Positions 12,691 through 24,815 of a DNA stretch of 64,000 bases are shown piece after piece. The translations under genes were made by a program, and so were the position numbers. Each line of letters opens with the position of its first letter. The first letter of the stretch is position 1. The DNA comes from Rhina ancylostomus (taxonomy: Eukaryota). The notes under the pieces are model-generated. The model saw nothing but the letters and a program-made list of their open reading frames with translations, did no database searches and had not been told where the DNA came from. The stretch is from assembly GCA_030265395.1 (NCBI GenBank), contig JARFYF010000017.1, positions 29,077,681-29,141,680 on the forward strand, read 5' to 3'.

Positions 12691-15299
12691 CATTTTTTGC
12701 GTTCCCTAAATCCATAAGGTCCAGGCCCACAGATCTGCAGTGATAACTGCTGGGTACCTTTGACAAACCTGTTTGTCCTGTTTCAGTGATCAGACAATGA
12801 CTGTATATAAATGGAATGATGGTTGACTCTATTCGTGAATGTTATTGGCTGAGATCCTGATTCCCTGAGGGAGAAAATTTGGATGAACTCAAGTGCACAG
12901 GAAATTGAAGCCGACTTAGTGAATAGTGTTTGATAGGATTAGAAGGCATGGGAGCTGTGAGAACCAGTCTACCCAGAGGTCTGAAAATTATAACAACTAT
13001 CTCATTGCTCTGACTTACTTGTTTGAGAATTTTCCAAAATTAAACCATAGCTAGAGCTTTTACTTGACCCCATAATTTAAATGAATAACAGAAAATAATA
13101 AAAGTAGACAATGTTGCCTTGATGGCAATTCTAGCCCAAGAAATGCAGAGCTCACCTGTTTTTGCCCTAGTTTACATTATTTGGATCAAAATCAGGCAAC
13201 CCCTTTAAGAGGTTCGGCATCCACTCATCCAATTTTTCAACCTGCACTGACCCAGATAACGTTTAATATTCGAATTGCAAATGCTAAGAGTGTACCTCGG
13301 TTTCTCAGCATGACTGTTGCAGCTAAAGGTCTTTATAAATGTATGAATTTTACCATAAAGTGTGACAGTCAAGTGGTGAAATTAAACATGGATTCACTTA
13401 ATACACCAGGATAACTCAATTTTTCCTAAATATTTGATCTACAGACAAAGAAAGGCTGTTTATTTTCTCACAATTCAACAAAGAATTCTAGGAGAAAATT
13501 ACAAGTAGTTTTATTTTTATCATGCTTTTTAAAAAAGTTATGTGTCTGTATACTTTATTGATGAGGAATGAACATTTATCAGCTTGGATTTTATGAATCA
13601 GCAATAAAACTGTGCATGTAGTTGAGTGTGCAGAATGACAGCAAACAATTACCATTCTTCAGAGAAAAATTGCACCCATTATTGGAAAAACCATCAAATG
13701 CAATTTATCCTGATGCACTCACATCTGCACTGCCCCAGTTTATAAAGAGTTTTCAGAAAATCGAAGTAATGTGAAATAATGGAGTTGGCTAATCCTTAAT
13801 AGTTGCTCTGTACATTTTCTGAGTTCTCTCAAAATGATCAGGCAATGCATTCTCAGTGAATAACTTACAGTGCTTTTAGCAAGTACACCCTTCAATTGCT
13901 ATGACTCACATAAGCCTTTCTTAATTATTTAATCAATCACAAGAACATAATGAAAGTACTGGGAATGATGGATAATTTCAGACTATAAATACTTTATGAC
14001 AATACCAGTATTTTTTAAACTTGATATAATGTGGAAAGATAATGACCAGGAAAACCAAATTACCCTGTCTCACTTTGGTTATTGAGGAAAAATGAACCAA
14101 AATAGACCCACTGCATTTTGCTTTCTGTTTACTCATTCATCCATGCTAGATGTTTAAACCAAAAACCATCAGAACTATACATTGTGACATTTTCATCAAT
14201 ATTTTCCTGGCTGGTGATTTCTGGCTGTTACACCTGAAAGCACTTGACCATATATTAAATTGGTCATGGTATAATGGATATCAGATAGCTACCTAATATT
14301 AAATGTTCCTTCAATGTACAGCTCTGTTAAAGTACTCTCTAATGTAGCTTTTATGGAAACAGAAGTAATTTAGAGTACATAGCATGGCATTTTTCCCAGA
14401 GGTAGAATATGAAATATTTACTTCACCAGTACTTCACTATTTAGACACATCATAGGTTAAGGGGAATAGGTGGTAAAAGCACTGGTTAAATATAATTAAC
14501 AACATCCGAGTATCTTCAGGAGGTGAATAGAAAAAGTACAAATTTACAACTATTAAAATAAAGTTAATGTACTGTATCTAGTTTTGGCATTTTTGTCAGA
14601 GAAAGAATGTTGACTGATTTGAGTGCAGACAATTTATATTCACCACAATGTTACCTGGTAAGAAGAAATATAAGAAAAAATAGGAAAAATTAGGGCATAT
14701 ACTGTATGTTAGGGCAGAGGAACGTAAAGAATATTTTGTTATTGCTAAAAGGTATAAACAGATTTGACAGAGTAGACAGAGATAATGTCCCAATGAACAA
14801 AAGACTGAATGAAGAGATATGGTTATAGGAATGACTAAATCAATCTAATTTAGGATAGAGAGCAAAAGAAACCTTTTTATCCAAGGAAGTATGATACTGT
14901 GAAAAGTACAAGTGGAGATAATTATTGAAGCAGAGGCTATGCTAGCATGATTGAAGGAAAGGGATACAGGAACAATTACAGTGGAAGCACTAGTGTGGAG
15001 TAAGGGAAGAATTGGAGAGATAAAATATTGAAGTATTTGTTCCTTTCTTTCTTTATTTTCATCTTCCTTGTCCTCTGGTAACTCATCCAAGTGGTTCACC
15101 AGTAACTCATCCAAGTTATTGTCTTTGCAAAGAAGTGGAAGAAGAATTGGGACATGTGAAGCCAGGTATTTACCCTATTTATGGTATCCCAGGAGGTACC
15201 TGGAGGGTGGGATGGAGTATTTGTGTCTGGAGCAGGTTCATGCAAGGGGCAACTCCTTATCCTCCAGGTTCATTCACTACTAGTGGCCAGTATTGATCC

Positions 15300-16200
15300 T
15301 GACTCCCATGTTAGCAGGCAGCAAGGTCAGGGATGCCTGAAAAAATAAGTGTAAGCTTTTTACTAGCCTTACTGGTTCCTTTGGCCATGTGGATTTTTGG
15401 TTGCAGTTTTTAGAGACTAATCCAAAGGTCTGGATGCCAATGACCATTCCTGCTGTCGCAGGACTCTCAAGTCTGCACAAACAGCCACTTCCCTGGCTAA
15501 TTTCTAGGTTAAAGGTCCTGCCTGGTGACAAGTGCGAGCCCTGAGCTTGTAAGGCTAAGTCATTGCAAGTGAGCATATTTTGAAGGCACCACATTTGCCT
15601 GGTGCCTTGTTTTTCTGAGGACAAGGATATTTTCCTTACCCTCTTTAGGAGAAGCGTGGCATTGAAAGCAGAAATGCAACCAGACCAACATTACATAATT
15701 CTATTGCAGACAAAAGAGCCAACCTCGTATGGCCCTTTCTCTACAAACTCTGCTGCATGGCCTGTGGGATTACACAGATTCCAGGGAGCGTTGCGGAATG
15801 AGTCAAATGAAATTGGAATCCTGAGGGCTGGCTAGGGTTTGGTGGGGTGGGGTGCCATTGACTGCTGGAGGTTGAGGTGTGGAAGAAGTTGTGAACAGGT
15901 TGTGGGGTGTATTCCACAGTGATGAATGCCTACTGAAGGGATATTGCAGCTTGATTGGGTCGGGAGGTAAGTGAGGAGTAGACTTGAAAGGGGTTGGAGG
16001 GCCCAAGGGAGAACCACTGCAAAGTGCAATTTAATGTGAACCAATCCGTAGCCTGGCTCCACACACTGGCATCTGCTCAGGCAGGTATCATTTAAACTAC
16101 CAGGAAATGGATCCTACTTATCTCTGCAGAAGTGTGAATATCACAGAAGAACAGCTAGGTGAGCATTGAATGCTTTGGATGTTACTACACTGGTCCGGGT
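15300..16200 (+). mobile_element. Possible ancient PIF/Harbinger transposase remnant
   Basis: GC-richer patch with ggtgccattgactgc (GAIDC) at 15851 and a downstream LKGYCSL resembling RKGyhS; otherwise very degenerate. Confidence 0.25.
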
Positions 16201-17823
16201 GCCTCCATGCATTATTATGTCAGGTGAACTAAGGACCCTGATGGAGAATTAGGGACTTTGCAATTCATGCATTGAATCTGTAATTTTTTTAATTTCTTTG
16301 CAGGCATAAACAATAGATGCATGCAATAAAATGTCTAATATTCCAACATCTTATACAATTGGCAATATATCGATATAGCTGTATATTAATTAATCCTATT
16401 TGTCAGGCTGGGCTACCTATTTAAAATAACATATGTGATTTACTTCTACTATAGCATTAGCTTAATCTTTCCTTGAAATTATACCATTAATTTCCATTGA
16501 GTTTATGTTGCTACAGCATGATTTCCAAATATACATGAACATTTTTGTTTAGCTCTTAATGCAGGCCTTTCAAAAGACACCTACAACATTCAGAAACAAC
16601 ATCTCAACAGGCTTTTAGGGATGGGGAGGACAATCCATGCAGTTTTAAGTGAAATCTCTATATCCTGTCTTTGACAACAACTTACTGCATATTTTGTGTG
16701 CATTAGCATACAATAGTGAATTCAGTTAATAATTAGATCTCTAAACACAGAGCAGATTTGTTTTTGAAGTGAATGGTCTTAGCACAACCAGTATATGGAT
16801 GATGGTCTAATACCTCCCCAAGGAGGCAGCAAAGTGTTTAATGTTTGTTAAATGTACCGCTGCACAGCTGCACTGATATCAGTTGTAGTCAGTCTCTGTA
16901 TTTTGGCAAGGATGATCTCTCAGTATTTAGTTGCTTTCTGTATATTCCATCATAATGCTAAATATATTGTTTACTCACTGCTTCAATGACAAGATGCTTA
17001 TGTTGCTACTTGTTCTTCTTACATGTTTATTTGGTGCACTGCATCAGAATCATATCCTCCACCGAGTACTCTCATTTAGAATTAAGCTAACTGATATCTT
17101 GGGAATTGACATGGTGTTTAGTGTTCCAGGACTGTTTTTAGCGATCTCTACCTCCAGATAACATAGATACTGGATGACAACAACATTGAGTTTACATTTT
17201 AATGAAACCCCCTCAAACTCACTCCCCTCCACCTCCATCCCTTATATACCTCCTCTGACCCCACAAGCTTTGCAATACTGACACAATAAGGAACACAATG
17301 TTCGCTGTACAGTTAAACCAATGTTATCAATTGTTAATGTTATCAATGATCAAGAACAGAGAAAAGCTAAATATCCTCTTTGTTATCCTGCATTAAAAAT
17401 AAAACAGCAGTTACACCACTATCAGTTATCACAGAAGAAGAGCAACATAGCTTACAATGTACAAGAATGGATTATTATTCAATAAATCTTATATCACAGT
17501 CTAAGTAAGGCAAACATCATGCCCATTTTTACTCAGTGACACATCGCCATTTTGTAACTGTCAATTGAACTTTTCAGATTTTATTACGGAATGAAATGAG
17601 CTATTAAATCAGATCTCCATATACTGGCTGTGGAAGTGTCAAAACTGGTTAAGATCTGTTAGGCATGGCCAACCAGCGCTTAATGGAATCTTTGAGTGAG
17701 ATAAATATACTGATTTAACCCATAAATACAATTGTCAGAGAAAAATGGCGTTTGTCAAGTCTGATGAATTGAAGACATTTTTTTCACACAAATGCTCTTA
17801 CAGTGTTAGGGAAACAATGTTAC

Positions 17824-17937
17824 CTTTGCAATGATTTTCATCCCATGGGTACACACAGTTCTGGACTCCATTACAAACCAAAGAATTGTTGATGCACATG
17901 TTGCTGTGGCAGAAGAATGTGTTGTCTTGGCAGGGAG
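17824..17937 (-). CDS. NETO2: NETO2 coding exon 8 (LDL-receptor class A module: [37 protein letters not shown])
   Basis: 114 nt, AG/GT flanked; six-cysteine LDLa pattern. Confidence 0.97.
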
Positions 17938-19050
17938 CTGTGAAACAAAGGTTAGTGTCACTATAAATTATAGCACAGCAATTGTCTTTTAGAATCCTAT
18001 ACAAGAGATGTGGCATAGTATTATGTATGGCCATTTAACCATGAACAAGAAAACACAGTAAATGGGCACTTTGAAAAGGTCATGTCATTGTGAGTTCAGC
18101 TGTCTCAGTTAGGTAAATTGGTCACCGCTTTATTATTCACTGGTGAGGGAGATTCATTAACTGAATCTCCCTTACAAAATTAATACTTTTATATAACCTT
18201 GTTGGACTTATAGATTGTTGATTGGCAATGTTCAATCACTGGCTTTAGAAACTAGGTATACCACTTCAGTTAATAGCATTCTGAAATAGGGCTAATGAAT
18301 CAGAAAGTAACAAAACTATGATAGAGAGATGTCCCTTTGAAATGTTATATGATGCAGAACATTATGTACATTGAGATCCGATTTTTCATGGTGGTCTTTT
18401 CAGGGATTTATGTGGATCAATTGCTTTAATTTTGAATGCTTAGACAGCAAGTCAGTGCATGTGTCAAACTATCTGCAACTGTTGATTACCCTGCAGGTGC
18501 TAAGTTGACAGAGCTAAAAATACAAGTTTTATCCTCATGCATGTGGCATCTGCTATAAATAATTTATGACATTAGTGTTTAAAGATCTGTTTTAAAATAC
18601 ACGAGACATGAACATTACATGAAAGGCTTTATGGGGTCAGATGTGCTCTTTATTTTTAATGAAAAATCCCTATTGGAGTATGCATTTTTCTATGCTTAGT
18701 CTAAGTGTGGAAGAAATGATGTAACTCTATAAATTATTTGAGTGTTACAGAAAATATTTAACAACATGGTTTAATAGGTATTATCCCATTCACTTGGCTG
18801 CTTGTGGTTTGAGAGGACTGAGGGAATCACACTGCTCCCAACCTTTTCTCACTTCACCCTTGGTCAATTCTTCAAGTGTTACACAGCATAATTTCCAAAC
18901 CTGCATTTTTGATATTGGTATTAAAGTTCTGCTGCTATATTACAATGTGTTTCATATTTTGTAAAAACACTACCACCTGAGACAATCTATTGTGTAATAA
19001 TCTAGCAAGAAACTAAGTCCTGCCAACATTCGCTAGTTACATTTACTTAC

Positions 19051-19279
19051 GATCCACAAATGAAGTAAATAACATTCGGAATCTGCTGCGCCTACTGCCC
19101 TCGTCAGCCCACATGCGAACCACGCCAACTCCAGTTTGTAGCATTACGTCATTAGCTACAGTGCTACAGAATTTTGCCTTTAAGTTTTCGATGGCACTGC
19201 TCCCATCATACACGGCGACAAAATTCCTCTTGCATTCATTGGAGTGATCCATTTGATAGTCAATAAAGCGTAAATAAAT
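19051..19279 (-). CDS. NETO2: NETO2 coding exon 7 (CUB2: [28 protein letters not shown]...RMLFTSFVD)
   Basis: 229 nt, AG/GTAAGT flanked; overlaps ORF 19043..19252. Confidence 0.97.
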
Positions 19280-20014
19280 CTACCAACAGAAAGATGTTGA
19301 ATTTCAATGACAGTTTTTTCTCTTTACTGTTCTTTCAAGATTATTGTTGCATAGCTTCACAGCTAAAGGAGGGTCAACAAACAGCAAGCCCTGTGTTCAA
19401 AATCATCAGAAGCATATCTCAAAGATGGTGATGATTTCACTTCTCCAACAAATGAATAATATTTTTGATTTTGACTGGATTTTTAGACATTTTAAATTTT
19501 GGATAGCAGGAGGTGAAATTCATGTGCATCAGTGTAGGCATACTAGGCCTGGAGATTCAGGATCAGGCTGGTATTTCTCGGATCATCCATGAAGCCTTCT
19601 TTATTCTGTGTCTGGAGAAAAATCCCTCCTGCACCAGTAAACCATCAATCTCCCACATTAAACCAATTTATTCATCTTGGATGAAGTTTTGGAAGTATTA
19701 CACAGAAACGAACAGATACAGAGGTATATATACTGAGCCCGAGCTTCATTAAATAGAAAATAAATCTCCTGTCAAGTGATAGACTTTCTTTAGATTGTAA
19801 TATAATTGCAGTTTGTGGCCTAGAAAATCTATTATAAAGTATAAAGATTTTGCGTACTACATGCTGGATTTTTTCAAAAATCCTATCACTAAATGCATCT
19901 AGCTACTTCACACATTAGTTGAACAAATTGAGAAAATTGTTTAGAGTCCTCAGTACGTTTGATGTGTATGTGCCGGGAGATTTCCTGGGAAACTCAGTGA
20001 CAACAAACGGTCAG

Positions 20015-20355
20015 AGAGTCATAGGGAAATAGACCATGGAAACAGGCCCTTCAGCCCATTGAATCCACACTCACTAGCAACTGTTCATTTACACTAATCC
20101 TACATTCAGCCCTTTTTCATTCTCCCCACATTGTCTTCAACTCCCCCCAGACTCTACCACTCACTTACACACTAGGGGCAATTTACAGTGGTCAATTAAT
20201 GTACCAACCTGCATGTCTTTGTGGTAACCAAAGGAAACCCATGCAGTCACAGGGAGAACATGCAAACTCCATGCAGACAGCACTGGTGGTCAGGATTGAA
20301 CCTGAGTCTCTGGTGCTATGAGGCAGCAGTTCTACTAGCTGAGCCACTGTGCTAC
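20015..20355 (-). mobile_element. tRNA-derived SINE, near full length
   Basis: Minus strand head gcacagtggctcagctagtagaactgctgcctca...ggttcaatcc (A/B boxes), conserved core, CR1-derived tail. Confidence 0.8.
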
Positions 20356-20458
20356 TAGTTTGTAAATTGTGTGTGCAATGACATTTTAGCACCACTTGTG
20401 CAAGATTCCTTCACATCAAAACAGACCTGAACTGAATGACTGAGGCCTGTTTTGACAT

Positions 20459-20468
20459 NNNNNNNNNN
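20459..20468. other. Assembly gap (10 N), left edge of the Homer-containing segment
   Basis: Run of N. Confidence 0.99.
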
Positions 20469-20774
20469 GTTAAAAGGTCCAATTTTGCCCAGTTCACTGC
20501 TAAAGAGTCCCAGATATCTTCCAGGTGAAGGCACACACACCTTCTGCCAATATGATAAGGATTGCTGATCAACTCTTTAAACAAATCTGACTCCAGCTGG
20601 ATTTGTTCTGCCTGACCTCCATCAATAATTGCCCACCTGACCAATTGTCTGTTCATCTGGACCGCAACCTCAACCCCAGTGTGTCTCTCCAGCCTGATCT
20701 GATATCTGACATGGGCACAAGTGTCTTAAACGCACATTCTGTAGCCAACTAATGCTCTTCACTAACTAATGAAA

Positions 20775-21015
20775 GGAAGTATGCAAGGCACCATTCTCTG
20801 CCACTTCCACTTCCACCATCTCCAATGGGACCCCACCACCAAGCATACCTTCCCCTCCCCACCTCTTTCTGCCTTTCACAGGGACCACTCTCTCCACGAC
20901 TCCCTAGTTCACTCCTTCCCCCCCCATCCCACCCATCTTGCTCCCACCCCGGGAACTTTCCACTGCCCCCACCATAGATGCAACACCTGCCCCTACACCA
21001 CCTCCATCCTTTAGG
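20775..21015 (+). mobile_element. Penelope-like retroelement fragment (region N-terminal to the GIY-YIG endonuclease)
   Basis: ORF 20769..21014: [33 protein letters not shown]...[16 protein letters not shown]. Confidence 0.65.
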
Positions 21016-21057
21016 TAATCCCACCCCCTTCCCCACCAAACCCCTCCCCTTCCTCAC

Positions 21058-21189
21058 CTTGCTCAGCTGCTGCTCTGAAGGGAAGCCAAGGCCGAACACA
21101 GTGTTTGCCCTGCTGTCTGCCCACTGGCCGAACTTCTGTGACGTTTTGGTGAAGGTCATATTCGGGGTGATGGTGCTGTTAATGATCAC
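21058..21189 (-). CDS. HOMER-family (HOMER2-like) coding exon 3, EVH1 C-half: [44 protein letters not shown]
   Basis: 132 nt, tctgtccccag acceptor, AAG|GTGAGG donor, phase 0-0; joins exon 2 in frame. Confidence 0.92.
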
Positions 21190-21389
21190 CTGGGGACAGA
21201 AACACTACTTAGGACTTTTTTAAATAGTTTTTTTCTTATCACTGGGCCCAGGATTCCCATTCCCCACCATCTGGGATCTCAGGGTCCCCATTTCCCACCC
21301 CTGGGGGTCCCACTCTCCAAGGTCCCATTCCTAGCCCCAGGCCCCAGTACATACACCCAAGCCAAACTGTATTTGCTTAGAATTTCTAG

Positions 21390-23180
21390 AAAAATAGTAG
21401 GCCATTCAGCCCTTCAAGCCTGCTTTGCCCGCTGATACACCCAGAGGTCAGGTTGTACCTGACCTGATTCCCACTATCCCCATACTCCTTGATGCCCTTG
21501 CATCTCACAATCTACACACCTCCTTCTCAAATATATTCAGTGACTTAGCTTCCACAAGTTTCAGCAGTTCACCACCCACTGAGTCACTGAGTGAAGGAAT
21601 TTCTCATCTCAGTCCTAAATCCCTTATCCTGGAACCTGACACTGAACCCTCAATCTAGATACCTTATCAGGAGAAACATCCCCCTCCCACATCCAATCTG
21701 TCTAAGCCTGTCAGAATTTTGTGAGTTTCAATCAGATTACCCCTCATTCTCCTTAACTTCAGTGAATCACTTCAATCTCTCCTCAACCAGCAATGTTGTC
21801 ATCCCAGGAGTCACTGTGGTGAACCTTCACTGTAATCCGTCTGTGGCAGGTCCATCCTTTCTTCAGAGCACAACTGCACATAATACTCCAGGTGCAGTCT
21901 CACCAAGACTATAATTTCAAGAATAATCCCTTGTCCTATATTCAAGTCACCTTACAGTGAAGGTCAACATACCATTTGGTTTATTAATTGCTTACTATAC
22001 CCATGCATTTGCTTTCAGAGACTAGTATACAAAGTCAGCCAACTCTCTCTGTACATCCATACTTTCCAATCTAACATCACTTAAGTAATAAGGCAAGTTT
22101 CGGTATTTCTTGCCCACATAGTAATGCAGTGGTGCGGCAGGTGGTACTGCTACCTCACAATCTGGGAACCTGGGTTCATTCCCAACCTCCAGTGCTGTCT
22201 GTGCAGAGTTTTCATGTTCTCCCCATAACTATGGGGGTGTCTGCTGGGTGCATCAGTTTCCTCCTACGTCCCAGAGACATGGTGGTTGGTTGATTGGCCA
22301 CCTGTAAATCACCCTTCAGTGTAGGTAAGTGGCAAAGGAGAAATTGATGAACTTGTGAGAAAGACAGGTTCAGAGAACTAAGGAGAGGTGGGACGGAACT
22401 CATGGGATTGCTTTTCTGGGAACTGGCACATTGCTGTTGGCCTACATTGTCTCCCGGTAGTACGGAAGCAAACATTCACATTGCACTGCATCAACTGAAA
22501 TGTTGACCATCCCTTTGCCTCCACAGATGCTGGTCCACCTGCTGACTTCATCCAGCAGTTTATTCTTTGCTTTATATATAGAGGCATTGAGTACAGGAGC
22601 AAGGAAGTTGCAATAAAACACTGGTTCAGCTACAGTTGCTGTGTTGTGTCCAGTTTGGGGCTCTCCACACTAGGAAAGATGTGAAGGGTTTGGAAAAAGT
22701 GCAGAAGAAATTCAACAAAATGATGAATGCTGAGAAACTTCAGTTATGTGGATAGATTGAGGAAGCTGGAGCATGTTCTTGGGATAGAGGAGGCATTTAA
22801 GTTCATGTAGTATAGAGCACATTGAGAGGAACTGCTCCCATATTCCCACAGGTAGAGGTGGGGGAGGGACATGGAATGAAGGTCCTGACGCAGGGTTCTG
22901 ACCCCAAATGTCAACAATTCCTCCCCCATCCTCCACTGCTCAACCCTCCAGCAGATTGTTTGTTGCTCCAAAATTCAGCATGATTCTTTTCTCAAGTGAA
23001 TGTTGCAGTCTGGAATCTGGCCAGAGAGAGATCAATCCAACTATCATGTTCCAAAAGGAGCTGGATCAGTGTGGGAAAGGAACGGATTTGCAGGTCTGTG
23101 GGGAGAGGGCGAGGAGGAAACTGCCTGGATTTCTCTTACACAGAGCTGATTTTGATTGGCTCCACACACTATCCTCCCCA
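21390..23180. mobile_element. CR1 fragments (~21390-22080 -, ~22580-23180 +), tRNA-SINE (~22125-22420 +) and Penelope-like tails within the Homer intron
   Basis: ggccattcagcccttcaagcctgct CR1 tail; gaggcattgagtacaggagcaagga RT region; SINE A/B boxes. Same families as in the flanking DNA. Confidence 0.65.
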
Positions 23181-23851
23181 TAATGAAGGGAATTGACGCC
23201 AGTCACCAGTATAACTTCAGTCTGATATTTATGTTCTGAGATTATATCCACAATCTGTGACACCCCCACAAAAATCACACACACTTCAGAACCTGTTTTA
23301 GCTCAAACACGTCAGGATGTAAAATGAGGTAACCATGGCAACGCAGTGAAAAGTACCTCATTTCCAGCCATCCGGCCCTGGCTCAATTTCCATCAAGATA
23401 AACACCACTTTCCCAGTCTCCTCCTTCACCTCCAATGCCCCTCACCCTGCCTCTGGGGTCACCTCCAATGCCCTCTACTTTCAGAGCCATATGACTTCTC
23501 AGGCTCCTCACCAGACCCCTCCCCCTCAGCCTCCAATGGACTTACTCACATCTCTTCCCAGATCCCTCACCTTCACCCCTGGCCCCTTCCACACTTCCTC
23601 CACCCCTCTATGGCTTCTCATCCTCAATGGCACACTCCCCAGGCACTGCTGCTCATGTCTGCCTTTACCTCCAGCCCCTCCCTTCCACCTACACCCTCAG
23701 AGACCCTCCAACCTCTGCCCCCTCCCTCTGCAGTTCCCAAGTGGACCACCAAACAACTTGCCCACCTGCACCTGCTGACTGTACATTCTCACTCCCCCAC
23801 CCTTCTCCTAGTCCATCTGGCCACACCCCCTCATCACAGCTGACCCCTGAC

Positions 23852-24008
23852 CTTGGCTCCATCCACACTAATGATGCGATAACTGTTCCTTGATCCATCG
23901 TAGAAATACGAGACAGTGAGCGGGTGCTTGCTAGCAGACAGCCAGTTCCTCTTGGTGGTGGGGTCAATCTGGAAGACGTGAGCTTTGCTGGTGAAGATTG
24001 GCTGCTCA
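23852..24008 (-). CDS. HOMER-family (HOMER2-like) coding exon 2, EVH1 N-half: [52 protein letters not shown]
   Basis: 157 nt, ccttccttccag acceptor, AAG|GTCAGG donor, phase 2-0 as in vertebrate Homer genes; clear Homer EVH1 sequence. Paralog identity and genomic placement are uncertain. Confidence 0.9.
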
Positions 24009-24414
24009 CTGGAAGGAAGGAGTGGGAGAGAGATCATCATTAAGTTGGCCACAGCTATGATGGAAAACAGAAGAATTCTCCGGGTCACTTCACATTAAGT
24101 TGCCTCCCTCTTTCTGCAAGACCAAGATGTTACAACCAGGCTTTCCAGCTTTACACCTGCCTGCTCCTGGCATGGGACCAGAGAGCTGGAGCCGAGTCTC
24201 AGCAGCTCTTTCCTGTCAGCAGTTCTGGGCTTAGAGCTTGTGAAGCAGGTGACAGGTCCATCCATCCAACACCTGAGCTGCTCTTTGCCTTGGTCTACAG
24301 CAAAGGTCATTCACTTATTTATCCCATGCTGTTTGTGGGATCTTGCTTCCACAACTTGGCCACACATCTGATGGTTTATGGGAGCTCTCAGTGCTCTGGA
24401 AGGAGCTGACCCCC

Positions 24415-24514
24415 NNNNNNNNNNNNNNNNNNNNNNNNNNNNNNNNNNNNNNNNNNNNNNNNNNNNNNNNNNNNNNNNNNNNNNNNNNNNNNNNNNNNNN
24501 NNNNNNNNNNNNNN
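24415..24514. other. Assembly gap (100 N), right edge of the Homer-containing segment. Other gaps: 10429-11019, 40559-40658, 48397-48546, 54955-55054, 63655-63663
   Basis: Runs of N. Confidence 0.99.
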
Positions 24515-24815
24515 TTTTTTCCTTCTCTCTTCTTACCTTTTACCCATCCCCCAGTGGATCTGCTCTCCCCTCCTCCCCCACACCTGCCTATCACTATCTC
24601 TGACCTGCATCTACCTGTCACCACCCTGTGCCCACTCCCCTCCCCTCTTTTGTCCACATCACTGCTCTGCTTTTCCCTCCTATGTATGGGGTTTCCCCTT
24701 TTCCTATCTTCAGTCCTGAAGGAGGGTCCTGACCCAAAACATTGACTGCCTGCTTTTCTCCACAGATGCTGCCTGGCCTGCTGAGTTCCTCCATCATTAT
24801 CGTGTTTTTCATTTC
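24515..24815 (+). mobile_element. Penelope-like/retroposon 3' tail abutting an N-gap
   Basis: cagtcctgaaggagggtcctgacccaaaac...cacagatgctgcctggcctgctgagttcctcca; same family at ~28225-28470 and ~35555-35760. Confidence 0.7.

Noticed and set aside
23346-23843. 165-aa proline-rich ORF
   Set aside because: C-rich low-complexity intronic sequence antisense to the Homer intron; no coding signature.
21058-24008. Homer processed pseudogene or foreign contamination
   Set aside because: The intron is retained at the conserved position, and it contains the same SINE/CR1/Penelope families as the host DNA.
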